Of a DNA stretch of 64,000 nt, positions 51,624-61,068 are shown one piece after another. Position numbers and translations under genes: made by a program. Each line of letters begins with the position of its first letter. The first letter of the stretch is position 1. The notes below the pieces were generated by a model that was given only the letters and a program-made list of their open reading frames with translations, ran no database searches and was not told the DNA's origin. This DNA is from Promethearchaeota archaeon (GTDB lineage Archaea > Asgardarchaeota > Lokiarchaeia > Sigyniarchaeales > SOKP01), in NCBI GenBank assembly GCA_048938855.1, contig JBHLLT010000014.1, positions 1 to 64,000 of the forward strand, in the 5' to 3' direction.

Positions 51624-51650
51624 ATTCCCTAATTTTTTTTTTTAATTTTT
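51624..51650 (+). terminator. T-rich archaeal terminator
   Basis: ATTCCCTAA followed by a long T run just after the stop; a similar sequence follows 53954. Confidence 0.5.
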
Positions 51651-51654
51651 AGAC

Positions 51655-51686
51655 TGTTCTAAAAGTGTACCATAAAACTTTAAATA
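51655..51686 (+). promoter_or_regulatory. Conserved operator+BRE/TATA motif, copy 1
   Basis: TGTTCTAAAAGTGTACCATAAAACTTTAAATA. Confidence 0.7.
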
Positions 51687-51719
51687 TAGTTTAAGAATAT
51701 TAGCGTAAGGCTCGAAAAA

Positions 51720-52262
51720 TTGCGTAATAATCCAATGGCTGAAATAAAAAACTTAGTTTGGTTATTACCCCTTGCTGGTGGACTAATAATTATAATTTCC
51801 TTTCTAACTCCAGCAGCTACTTTTGCATATCAAGAATCTTCCTTTTATTCTGAATTTTATCGTTGGATGTTAGATTTTTATATTGCTTATGATTATACGG
51901 ATGGAATTCTTACAACCATTAGATTTGGATTGAACACTAGTATTACAGGTTTTATTTCCTATATAATTTCATTTTTAATTATTGGATTAACCATTTTTTT
52001 TCTAATAAGTGTTATTAGATATAAGAAGAGAGGTCTACTCCCTAAAATTAATTGGTTGGGCTTTCCAATATTAATAATGGTATTAACAATAGCCTGGATG
52101 GTCATGAAAGAGGTATCAACGATATTATCTTATAATCATAGTTTTTGGGGTCTCTTAAGTCCAGGATTTGGGATTATCGGACTATTCTTGGGTGTTGGCT
52201 TACAGATAGCAGGATATATATTCTTAAAAAAAATTCAAGAGGAGAATAAAATTTTCCTATAA
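51720..52262 (+). CDS. 4-TM membrane protein, paralogue B
   Basis: Shares motifs with 51114 (PLAGG, LTP, TIAWM.MKE, PGFGIIG.F.G). Confidence 0.8.
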   Translation: MRNNPMAEIKNLVWLLPLAGGLIIIISFLTPAATFAYQESSFYSEFYRWMLDFYIAYDYTDGILTTIRFGLNTSITGFISYIISFLIIGLTIFFLISVIRYKKRGLLPKINWLGFPILIMVLTIAWMVMKEVSTILSYNHSFWGLLSPGFGIIGLFLGVGLQIAGYIFLKKIQEENKIFL

Positions 52263-52264
52263 AT

Positions 52265-52296
52265 TGTTCCATAAGTGGACCTTAAACCTTTATATA
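52265..52296 (+). promoter_or_regulatory. Conserved operator+BRE/TATA motif, copy 2
   Basis: TGTTCCATAAGTGGACCTTAAACCTTTATATA. Confidence 0.75.
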
Positions 52297-52343
52297 TTTT
52301 CTTAATAGGTTTGATATATTTAACTATAAAATGAAAATTTTAA

Positions 52344-53954
52344 TTGATTCTAATGAATTTTTTTAAAGTAAAATTTGTAAAATATTTTTTTCTTTTATCT
52401 TTAATTATTAATCTATTATTCCTAGCCGGATTGCTTAATTCAGTAATTTCAATAAAAGATTATGCTAAACCATATATTTATTGTTCCTATTTCGGGGGAT
52501 CAGAAAAAGATATTATTACAGGTATGGACATTGATTCAGCTGGTAATGTAATTGTGGTAGGAGGAACTTTTTCCACAGACCTTGCCGTTTTTAATGGATT
52601 CCAAGAAGAATATGGAGGGGGTTCAAGTGATAGTATTCATGAGAATGGAGGAGATGGATTTGTAGCGAAATTTTCTCATTCTGGAGACTTAATTTGGGGA
52701 ACTTATTTGGGCGGAAATGATTTAGATTGCTGTAATAATGTGATAGTTGATTATGAGGATAATATTTTAGTTATAGGTAAAACAAGATCAAGAAATTTCC
52801 CCACAACAGACAATGCTATTAAAAAAAATTTCAGCGGTGCTACTGATGGTTTCATTTCAAAATTCTCGACTAATGGATCATTAGTTTACTCAACTTATTT
52901 AGGGGAAGATGGTGCTGAAAATTTAGCAGATCTCATTGAAGATAAATATGGTAATATTTTTATAGCAGGAGCAACTGGATCATCAAATTTCACAACCACT
53001 TTTAATGCTCCTCAGCAAATATTCGGTGGTGTTTCTGATACTATTATTCTAGAATTGTCACATAACTGTTCGGATATCCTTTTTAGTACATTTTTAGGTG
53101 GTAGTGAAGGAGATGGTGGATATAATATTGCATTAGATTATGAAAGTAACATAATATTAACAGGTTATACTGTGAGTGATGATTTTCCCTTAAAAAATGC
53201 CTTACAGGATGAAATTTTAGGTGGTCAGAGAGACATTTATGTTACCAAGTTTAATTCTACAGGTCAAATTATATTTTCAACATATCTCGGAGGTAGTTCA
53301 ATTGAAGATCCCTTTGGATTGGCGGTTAATGCCTCTGGAAATATTATCATATCCGGCAGAACTGGATCTCATGATTATCCCACGGTAAAAGGTTTACAAA
53401 ATAATTATGCTGGTGGAGTAGATGCATTTATTTCTATTATAAGTCCTGATGGTCAGACTCTTGAATATTCCACTTTTCTCGGAGGAACTAGTTGGGACAC
53501 ATTACATCAAGTAGCAGTTAATTCTTCAAATTCTATATTTGCATGTGGAATCGGAAATGGATTTCCTACAAAAAATGCATTTCAAGAAAATGTAGCTGGT
53601 GAAGCAGATATAGTTATAATGCAATTTTCTCTTGAAAAACAGGTGGAATTCAGCACTTATTTCGGAGGAACTGGAGAAGAATGTCCATATTCTATGAATT
53701 ATTATAATAATTGTTTATACATCGTTGGGTTTACTGATTCAGAATCGTTGTTTATGAGCAATAACGCCTTTCAGGATAATTATAGCGGAAAAACTGACGG
53801 ATTTTTTCTAAAAATAGACATACAATCGTATTTATCTTCTGTAGAATCATCTCAAATCTTCAACCTAGGACTAGTCCTGACTGTAGTGATTCCAATTTTT
53901 CTAGGTGTAGTGATTGGAGGAATTCTTATTCTCCTTAAATACAGAAGTAATTAA
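52344..53954 (+). CDS. SBBP-repeat beta-propeller surface protein with N-terminal signal/TM and C-terminal TM anchor
   Basis: About seven repeats of STYLGG..D...D..GN....G.T.S.DFP. Confidence 0.9.
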   Translation: MILMNFFKVKFVKYFFLLSLIINLLFLAGLLNSVISIKDYAKPYIYCSYFGGSEKDIITGMDIDSAGNVIVVGGTFSTDLAVFNGFQEEYGGGSSDSIHENGGDGFVAKFSHSGDLIWGTYLGGNDLDCCNNVIVDYEDNILVIGKTRSRNFPTTDNAIKKNFSGATDGFISKFSTNGSLVYSTYLGEDGAENLADLIEDKYGNIFIAGATGSSNFTTTFNAPQQIFGGVSDTIILELSHNCSDILFSTFLGGSEGDGGYNIALDYESNIILTGYTVSDDFPLKNALQDEILGGQRDIYVTKFNSTGQIIFSTYLGGSSIEDPFGLAVNASGNIIISGRTGSHDYPTVKGLQNNYAGGVDAFISIISPDGQTLEYSTFLGGTSWDTLHQVAVNSSNSIFACGIGNGFPTKNAFQENVAGEADIVIMQFSLEKQVEFSTYFGGTGEECPYSMNYYNNCLYIVGFTDSESLFMSNNAFQDNYSGKTDGFFLKIDIQSYLSSVESSQIFNLGLVLTVVIPIFLGVVIGGILILLKYRSN

Positions 53955-54022
53955 ATAAAATTTAGAAATTCCTAAATTTTTTTTTTGGATTTTTTTTCTT
54001 ATTCTTTCACATTTCATAAAAT

Positions 54023-54054
54023 TGTTCTATAAGAGGACCTTAAACCTTTAAAAA
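54023..54054 (+). promoter_or_regulatory. Conserved operator+BRE/TATA motif, copy 3
   Basis: TGTTCTATAAGAGGACCTTAAACCTTTAAAAA. Confidence 0.75.
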
Positions 54055-54106
54055 TAGAATTTTCTAATTTACAACAAGATTATTTAAAACTATAAAATGA
54101 TTAAGT

Positions 54107-54694
54107 ATGAAATTAAATAGTGAAATGTTAAAAGTAAAAATGAATTCAATTTCTACAAGTATTTCTTCATTTCTGATACCACTGATTCAATATGTCCCTT
54201 GCACAGGAGTGTGGTTTGGAATAATGAGTGTACCATTGATTGCTTATCTATTCTTATATTTTCAAAATCCAGGAATATTGATTTCTGATCTTAATTTTAT
54301 GTTTGGAACTTTTGAAATTTCTATTGTATTATTTGGACTTACATTATTTATTTATTCTCTAGCACACCAATTAAGCCATAGAAAACAGCTGATACGAACA
54401 GGACCATATAAATACGTAAGACATCCTCAATATCTTGCCTTCATTATTATGACTTTTGGTATGACTTTAATAGCTTTTCAGACATCGCCTATTTTTAATT
54501 TTAATTTAGGTAATCTCAATGTGTATACAGTATTACTAGTTATATGGATTGCGGAAGTACTTGCGTATATTATTTTAGCGAAGATTGAAGAATATGCCCT
54601 AAAAGTTAAATACGGAGATAAATACTTGGATTATATTAATAATGTATCTTTTATGATACCCTTCTTAAAATTTAAAAGAAATCAAAAAGAATAA
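54107..54694 (+). CDS. ICMT/PEMT-family membrane methyltransferase
   Basis: LIRTGPYKYVRHPQY; EE..L..KYG..Y..Y...V.FMIP. Confidence 0.88.
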   Translation: MKLNSEMLKVKMNSISTSISSFLIPLIQYVPCTGVWFGIMSVPLIAYLFLYFQNPGILISDLNFMFGTFEISIVLFGLTLFIYSLAHQLSHRKQLIRTGPYKYVRHPQYLAFIIMTFGMTLIAFQTSPIFNFNLGNLNVYTVLLVIWIAEVLAYIILAKIEEYALKVKYGDKYLDYINNVSFMIPFLKFKRNQKE

Positions 54695-54702
54695 TTAGTG
54701 GT

Positions 54703-55422
54703 ATGAAAGATAAGGTATTTAATCGTTATGAAATAATGAAATTTGGGATACTAACATTATCTCTTATTTTATTATCAATTATTTTATTTTTACTCATTCT
54801 CGCATATAAAGCGGTTTTTGCACCTGAAATAATTATCAATCTATCAATTATCATAATCTCCATTTTGATAGCAGCAGTTTTATCGGTGTCTATTTTTGAA
54901 GTGCTTACTATAAAAGAATACAAGGGGTATTTTATTAAAAGAATACACATTAGAAGAGGAAAATCATATTTAACTATTGCTGATATATTCGAAAATGAAC
55001 ATCGTGTAGATATACTAACTCAAATCCTCAATAATCCAGGCATACACCAAAATGAATTACGGAGAAGCTGTAATTTGCAAAAAGGGCAAATTCAATGGCA
55101 TTTAGACGTTTTATTAAGGAATAATATTATAAAAAAGGAAAAACATGGACAATATACAATTTATTTCCCAATTACTACATCAATTGAGGCGATTAAGAAC
55201 TTTAAAAATCTTCCAATGAAATCGGAAACTACGTCAAAAATTTTAGAAATAATTCAAACTAATCCTGGAATTACTTCATCTGAAATTGCAAAAAAGATGA
55301 ACTTAGCTCGAAATACGGTAAAATATCATATAGATAAATTATTAGAGAATACTTTGATATCTTTTAAGGAAAAAGGTCGAAAGATAGAACTTTATTCAAA
55401 TTTAGAGCCTTTTGATAATTAA
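54703..55422 (+). CDS. Membrane-anchored tandem winged-HTH transcription regulator (COG3398-like)
   Basis: Two N-terminal TMs; NPGIHQNEL..GQIQWHL and NPGITSSEIA..NTVKYHI. Confidence 0.88.
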   Translation: MKDKVFNRYEIMKFGILTLSLILLSIILFLLILAYKAVFAPEIIINLSIIIISILIAAVLSVSIFEVLTIKEYKGYFIKRIHIRRGKSYLTIADIFENEHRVDILTQILNNPGIHQNELRRSCNLQKGQIQWHLDVLLRNNIIKKEKHGQYTIYFPITTSIEAIKNFKNLPMKSETTSKILEIIQTNPGITSSEIAKKMNLARNTVKYHIDKLLENTLISFKEKGRKIELYSNLEPFDN

Positions 55423-55512
55423 AAACTGAGTAAAATGTAATCTAAAACATTGTTTTCGCATCATAGGTTTTATCATTAATTTTTCCTTTTCTAAATTATA
55501 TGAATATGAAGG

Positions 55513-56394
55513 TTAACTAGAAAGCAATTTTGGAAACTTAATCTGTTTCGCTAATTCTATTTGAATTATCTCGTCTAGTAATTCTTCTCTCTCACGACCA
55601 GAAAGAACTTCTAATTTCCTGATGTTTAATGGATCAACTTTTTCTCTTAGTAATTTAAGTTCTTTCTCAGTAGGAGGTTCGGTTGTAGCAAGATTATCAG
55701 GTATGATAAGGTCAAATCCGGTTGAATCCTTTACCATATCAATATCAATTCCGGGATGGATCGAAGAAAGTCTCATTCGTTTAGTCTTTTCTTCAAAATC
55801 TAAATAACCAAGATTGCTTACCACACATTGAGGTCCTGAACCGCCACACACAGAAGGATTCCCATCTGGAAAACCTACACCTGATATGAAAAATAAATCT
55901 TTTGTTGGCACAAATGTCCTTTTATCATGTCTTGGAGTATAAAGAAAGGACCCACGTGCATAAAACATGCTGAAGTCAAGGATACCTGCTGCACCGGGCA
56001 ATCTTATTTTAGGTTTTTCCCAATCTCCTATACAAATGTTATTTGTATTTCCATATTGATCGATCTGAGCTGGTCTAAAGAATTCAATTGTAGTAAGCTT
56101 TTCAGAAGGAAGAGACTCTAACGTGCATTCTACACTATCTTGGAATCGATATGCTCGAGCAGTATTCATTTCAAGATATAATAATGAAACTTGGCGAGCT
56201 TCCATAACGAAAGTATTCCCCATAATATAATGATATATCGCATCGGGAGCATAAGTTAACTTTGCCAATGTAAATGCTGCCCACACCATGGGGGTTGCTA
56301 CACCAACGATCATTACATCATCATTTCTAACTTCCCTTGCCATTAAAACAGTCATTATTTCATCTACTGTATAATTATTTGAATATTCACTCAT
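55513..56394 (-). CDS. Family I CoA-transferase beta subunit (glutaconate CoA-transferase GctB-like)
   Basis: AQIDQYGNTN, RLPGAAG, SIHPG, TGFDL, TEPPT. Confidence 0.9.
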   Translation of the reverse strand: MSEYSNNYTVDEIMTVLMAREVRNDDVMIVGVATPMVWAAFTLAKLTYAPDAIYHYIMGNTFVMEARQVSLLYLEMNTARAYRFQDSVECTLESLPSEKLTTIEFFRPAQIDQYGNTNNICIGDWEKPKIRLPGAAGILDFSMFYARGSFLYTPRHDKRTFVPTKDLFFISGVGFPDGNPSVCGGSGPQCVVSNLGYLDFEEKTKRMRLSSIHPGIDIDMVKDSTGFDLIIPDNLATTEPPTEKELKLLREKVDPLNIRKLEVLSGREREELLDEIIQIELAKQIKFPKLLSS

Positions 56395-56406
56395 TATCGT
56401 TCCCTC

Positions 56407-57267
56407 CTATAATAGAATATTTAAAATTGTTTGAATTCCACCCGTTTCTTCTAAATATTGAGTAGGCGTCTTTTCTAATATGAATTTTTTCTTGTATACT
56501 TCAAAATCAGTTTTTAAATAACATTGAATATGTAGTGGATCGAATGTGTATATAGGATAACATGAAGTAGGATGAGCACCAAAAGGCATTTTGATAACAG
56601 CTGTAGTGGTTTGGACAGGTAATTGTGCTTTTCCTGGCAAATGACGGATATCCTCTGTTTCTACCAATTTTTCACATATAATAATTGTTTCTTTTGCTGT
56701 TTTTGCCATATCTGCATCCATCCATACTGCTCCAGGAATATTACCATTGCCAAATTCGTCAGCATAAGGAATATGTAATATTGCAACATCTAAATCAATT
56801 TTAGGTAGTGCCATGATCTGAGTTCCTGAACCAAGAGGATCTTCAATTTGTTTAATATCTTTCCTGACTTTTGGCATATCTGTTCCAATAATTCCTTTCA
56901 AGGGCATAAACGGAACTTTCAAATAAGATGCTCTTAATCCTAAGGCAATTGTGGCTTCGCTTTCCTCCGATATCTTGATTGAGCCTGATTCTACAGCCTG
57001 TCGAAAATGTGGAGCCATCCCGAAGATTTCCATTCCAACGAAACAACTTCTAACTTCAGATACACAAGCTCCTGCTATAAGCATATCGATTTCAATTCCA
57101 CCTACAAAAGTACACACTGAAAGATTTTTCTTTTTTTGCCTAATTATTTCCCTGCAAGCTGCAATTGGTTTTCTCCAAAAAGAAAGTCCTCCAAATCCGA
57201 CAAGATCTCCATCTTTAATGTAAGTTGAGATAGCTTCTTCTAAGGACATTAACTTACTAGACCGTAT
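56407..57267 (-). CDS. Family I CoA-transferase alpha subunit (GctA-like); probable ATA start at 57267 (ATG at 57249)
   Basis: SKLMSLEEAI, GFGG, DMLIAG, P..GTD, ADEFGN, PFGAHPTSC. Confidence 0.9.
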   Translation of the reverse strand: MRSSKLMSLEEAISTYIKDGDLVGFGGLSFWRKPIAACREIIRQKKKNLSVCTFVGGIEIDMLIAGACVSEVRSCFVGMEIFGMAPHFRQAVESGSIKISEESEATIALGLRASYLKVPFMPLKGIIGTDMPKVRKDIKQIEDPLGSGTQIMALPKIDLDVAILHIPYADEFGNGNIPGAVWMDADMAKTAKETIIICEKLVETEDIRHLPGKAQLPVQTTTAVIKMPFGAHPTSCYPIYTFDPLHIQCYLKTDFEVYKKKFILEKTPTQYLEETGGIQTILNILL

Positions 57268-57642
57268 TTATCTTCCCCTCATTTTATCCAATTTCTATTA
57301 ATTAACATTAAAATGATATTAGAATGAATTTTTATTAAATTAAAAATACTCCTATTGATGAGTTTTTTTCAAGAAATCCAATATAACTCTATTTTAAGAT
57401 TAATATTTGCTCAAATTTCAAGAAAATATTAACTTTCTTTTGAATTTCTTTAGAAAATGGTAAATTTTATTCTAGATGTTGACATTTCCAATGAACTTAA
57501 GGCTTTCAAGAATAAGAATAGGTTTCAAAATCTCATAATAGAGCCCAGATCTCATAATAAAGTTATAATAATATTATTTTTGAGAGAATTGGAAATTGAA
57601 TTACCTAAATTTAATTCAAAATTTATTGATCAAAAACTATAT

Positions 57643-58572
57643 TTAAGTCCTCAAATTCTTCAACACAAAAAATAACGCTCCTAATTCGCCACTAATTGGA
57701 GTAGATTCGGGGATAAGTTCATAACTTTGATTATATATACCCACTATTTCAAATCCACCATATTTTACAAAATCTTTGAATTCAGAAAATAACCATAAAC
57801 GGAGTTCATGAGCTTCCTCAACAATTAGTTTTCTTCCATTCTCATTCACAATCATTTTAAAGTCAACATGTCGTACTCTATTGTTGATGTCATACCAATT
57901 TACGGCCCAAGTTAGTTCAAGTTCTACATTCTCATCATTAACATACCATGTATCATCTAATTTCTTCTCATTATTGAAATCATTGCACATGCAACTTATT
58001 TCAACAACATAAATGCCTCCTTTCTTTATTGATTTACCCATTGCTTTAAAATGAGAAATAATTTCTTCATTGTTTCTTAAATATCCTAGACTATTTATAC
58101 AAATAATAGCTGCGTCGAACTTTTCATTAAATTGCAAATCCTTCATATTTCCTACAATGACATCTGCTTGATCACCTGTTATTCCACAGTTTCTTATTCG
58201 TTCTTTAGAATATTCAACCATAGCTGGATTTAAATCATAACCTAAAACAAAATAGTTGAATTGAGGTAAAATCTCTAAAAACATGCCCGGACCACATGCT
58301 GGCTCTAAAATGTTCCGAACTTTCAAGTCTGTATATTGTTGAAAACATTTGTTGAAAAAATTTACATCACTCTTCACATCTCTAGTGAAAGCCATATCAT
58401 AATACTTTGGAAAATTGTAAAATTGATGGTTTTCCTTTGGAATTTCAATGCATCCTGATGTCGGTATAATTTTGTATGATACATCTTCCACATTATATGA
58501 AGTTACCGCTAAATTCTGTTCGATCACGCTACTTTGGGTTTTTTTTATCTCAATATCTGTGCTATTTACCAT
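57643..58572 (-). CDS. Class I SAM-dependent methyltransferase
   Basis: ILEPACGPG, GYDLNPAMV, FDAAIIC.NSLGY. Confidence 0.9.
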   Translation of the reverse strand: MVNSTDIEIKKTQSSVIEQNLAVTSYNVEDVSYKIIPTSGCIEIPKENHQFYNFPKYYDMAFTRDVKSDVNFFNKCFQQYTDLKVRNILEPACGPGMFLEILPQFNYFVLGYDLNPAMVEYSKERIRNCGITGDQADVIVGNMKDLQFNEKFDAAIICINSLGYLRNNEEIISHFKAMGKSIKKGGIYVVEISCMCNDFNNEKKLDDTWYVNDENVELELTWAVNWYDINNRVRHVDFKMIVNENGRKLIVEEAHELRLWLFSEFKDFVKYGGFEIVGIYNQSYELIPESTPISGELGALFFVLKNLRT

Positions 58573-59188
58573 TTTACTAACCTCTTTTATTATAATTTTT
58601 TAAAATGAATAATTTTTTAAAGATAAAAATTAAAAATAGAAATTTTATGAAATTCCCTTAATTTTTAAAATATTCTATAAAATGAGAAATTGCATATGTT
58701 CTTAAGTTCATTTTTAATTGATTCGATTATTTAAACTTTCTCCTTTCCAATTATCTAAAAATTATTAATTCAAATTCCTTGAAATTTAAAACAGAAATAG
58801 TAGATCACCTTACGAATAAAAGTCTATATAATCTAATCTGAGATATCTTATCTCAAATCCTCTAAATTTCGATAAAAGAATAACTCTTAAAGAAACTGAA
58901 GAATCTAATTACCATTTTTGATAAATGTGATAAATTGGAACAATTTATTCCCCTTCTTCAGTAACCAATAACTCACAAGTTGCTGATCTTACAAATCTAT
59001 ACTTAATAATTAATTTTCCAATATTTTTAGGTTTTGAGACCATAATCATTAATCTTCTTTGGATATCTATGTAATAATAGTTGAATTAAATAATTATTAA
59101 ATGTTTATTTTCACATTCTAATAGGAAAGAATCAAATAATACGATTATTGTTATATCTATTATAATAAATTACAAGAGGTAATTCACC

Positions 59189-59722
59189 ATTAGAAAGAGA
59201 CTCAAAGAAGGTCTAGTTCAAGTTTATTTTGGCCGAGGTAAGGGTAAAACAACTGCTGCAATTGGACAAGGAGTACGTGCTACTGGGCATGGATTCAAAG
59301 TATATATGATTCAATTCATGAAAGGAAATTATAAATATGGTGAGATAGAAGCCATTAAAAATATTCCCAATTTTGAACTAAAACAATTTGGTAGTCCTGA
59401 ACTTATAGCAGAACCAGATAATTTTGATAAAGAAGAAGGAATAAAAGCACTCGATTATGCTAAAGAGATTATTATGAGTGATGATTATGATATCGTTATA
59501 CTTGATGAAGTGGGAGTTGCAATATCTATGAATGTAATTTCTGTAGAACCTGTTTTAGAACTTATAAAAAATAAACCAGAAAAAGTCGAGTTAATCTTGA
59601 CAGGCGGACCAAAAATGCATCCAAAAATAAAAGAACTAGCCGATTTAGTAACCGAAATGAAAATGATAAAGCATTATTACTCTTCAAAAGGGATATCCGC
59701 TAGATATGGCATAGAATATTAA
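59189..59722 (+). CDS. cobO: Cob(I)alamin adenosyltransferase CobO/BtuR (probable ATT start at 59189)
   Basis: The in-frame extension upstream of ATG 59306 encodes GLVQVYFGRGKGKTTAA; IQFMKG, ILDE, ELILTG, ADLVTEM..IKH, GIEY. Confidence 0.93.
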   Translation: MRKRLKEGLVQVYFGRGKGKTTAAIGQGVRATGHGFKVYMIQFMKGNYKYGEIEAIKNIPNFELKQFGSPELIAEPDNFDKEEGIKALDYAKEIIMSDDYDIVILDEVGVAISMNVISVEPVLELIKNKPEKVELILTGGPKMHPKIKELADLVTEMKMIKHYYSSKGISARYGIEY

Positions 59723-59766
59723 ATAATCTATTTTAAATTCGCAAAAAAAATAAAATATCAATTAAA

Positions 59767-60522
59767 ATGGATATTGAAAGTCTATATAAGTTAATAGAGA
59801 ATGAACTTGAAAAAGAAGCAATTAACAAATTTGATTCAAAAAAAGAATTCATAATCTGGAACCAGGAAATTTATAAGAAATATAAACATAAAGCATACGG
59901 ACTTAAAGTTCCTGAAATTGAAAAAATTGTAAATAAATATTACAATAGGTTTGTAGAAATATCATTTGAAGAAAGAATAAATTTAGCCCGAAAGTTTTAT
60001 ACATCTGAATATATTGCACAAACTAGTTTTGGATTGAAAATTCTTGAAATTAGCCTATCCAAATTAACACCACAAAGATTTGAAATATTAGATGAAATGG
60101 GTGGCTACTTATCAGACTGGGGACCAACAGATTCCTTTTCTCTTCATATTATGCAACCCTTATTAAGAAAATATCCAAATAAGGTTATAGAATTATTAAG
60201 AAATTGGAATAATTCTAATCGTACCTGGAAGAAGCGTTCTAGTTTAGTTACATTTACTAGAAAAATCGGTGCAGAAGGTCAATACGTTGATACTCTCTTG
60301 GAATTTTGTAATGATTTAATTTGGGATAAAGAGGATTTGGTTAGAAAAGCAATCGGATGGGCACTTAAAGATAACATGGTTGGAAAAAATAAAGAAAAAG
60401 TTTTAAATTATGTAAAAGATTTAAGAAAAAAGGGAGTTTCCTCTACAATAACATTATACGCAATTCGTAATTTAAAGGGTAAAGAACGGGAAGAGATTTT
60501 AAAAATCAAATCCATGAAATAG
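59767..60522 (+). CDS. DNA alkylation repair protein (AlkD-like)
   Basis: YGLKVPE, DWG.TD, W.KR, EDLVRKAIGWALK. Confidence 0.88.
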   Translation: MDIESLYKLIENELEKEAINKFDSKKEFIIWNQEIYKKYKHKAYGLKVPEIEKIVNKYYNRFVEISFEERINLARKFYTSEYIAQTSFGLKILEISLSKLTPQRFEILDEMGGYLSDWGPTDSFSLHIMQPLLRKYPNKVIELLRNWNNSNRTWKKRSSLVTFTRKIGAEGQYVDTLLEFCNDLIWDKEDLVRKAIGWALKDNMVGKNKEKVLNYVKDLRKKGVSSTITLYAIRNLKGKEREEILKIKSMK

Positions 60523-60644
60523 GAAACTTTTCCAATCATTTAATATATTTTGTCAGTGAAAAAAAATTTCTAAATTCTCACATATCTAAAAATTTCATCA
60601 TATAAGCGATTAAATTTTTATTAAAAGAAACGATAATCAAATTC

Positions 60645-61028
60645 ATGCATAATGGGAAAACATTTCAATTAAAGAAGATCTTTTCTGTCTGTGGTATAGA
60701 ATGCTCTCAGTGCCAAATTTATCTTGCTCCTTATAATCCAGCAATAGCGGACCGATTAGTAAAAATGTTTGAGAATATGTGGGACAATGTAAAACCAGAA
60801 GATTTTCATTGTAGTACATGTAGGGGTGAAATCTCAGAATGTTGGACTAAAGAATGCTGGATCAGATATTGTTGTGTAAATGAAAAAAAATTAGAGTATT
60901 GTTATCAATGTCAAGAATTTCCCTGCAAGAGATTAGAAGACCATGCAAAGAAAAACAAAAGATATCTTGTAGCTTTGAATAACCTTAAAAGAATGAAGAG
61001 AAATGAGACAAAGCAAACAAAAAAATAA
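60645..61028 (+). CDS. DUF3795 Cys-rich protein
   Basis: CGIECSQC, CSTC, CWIRYCC, CYQCQEFPC. Confidence 0.85.
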   Translation: MHNGKTFQLKKIFSVCGIECSQCQIYLAPYNPAIADRLVKMFENMWDNVKPEDFHCSTCRGEISECWTKECWIRYCCVNEKKLEYCYQCQEFPCKRLEDHAKKNKRYLVALNNLKRMKRNETKQTKK

Positions 61029-61068
61029 CAGGACTCCCCTTAAATAAAAAATATTCATCTAATTAATA

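Noticed and set aside
2578-57675. Many short ORFs antisense to or overlapping well-supported genes (e.g. 2578, 6402, 15420, 20742, 26169, 39894, 47240, 56951, 57457)
   Set aside because: Shadow frames with no recognisable domains
58600-59150. Possible decayed minus-strand ORF (MVSKPKNIGK...) and inverted repeat TGAGATA-N3-TATCTCA at 58839-58855
   Set aside because: Multiple stops, no identifiable family; a 7-bp AT-rich inverted repeat is expected by chance
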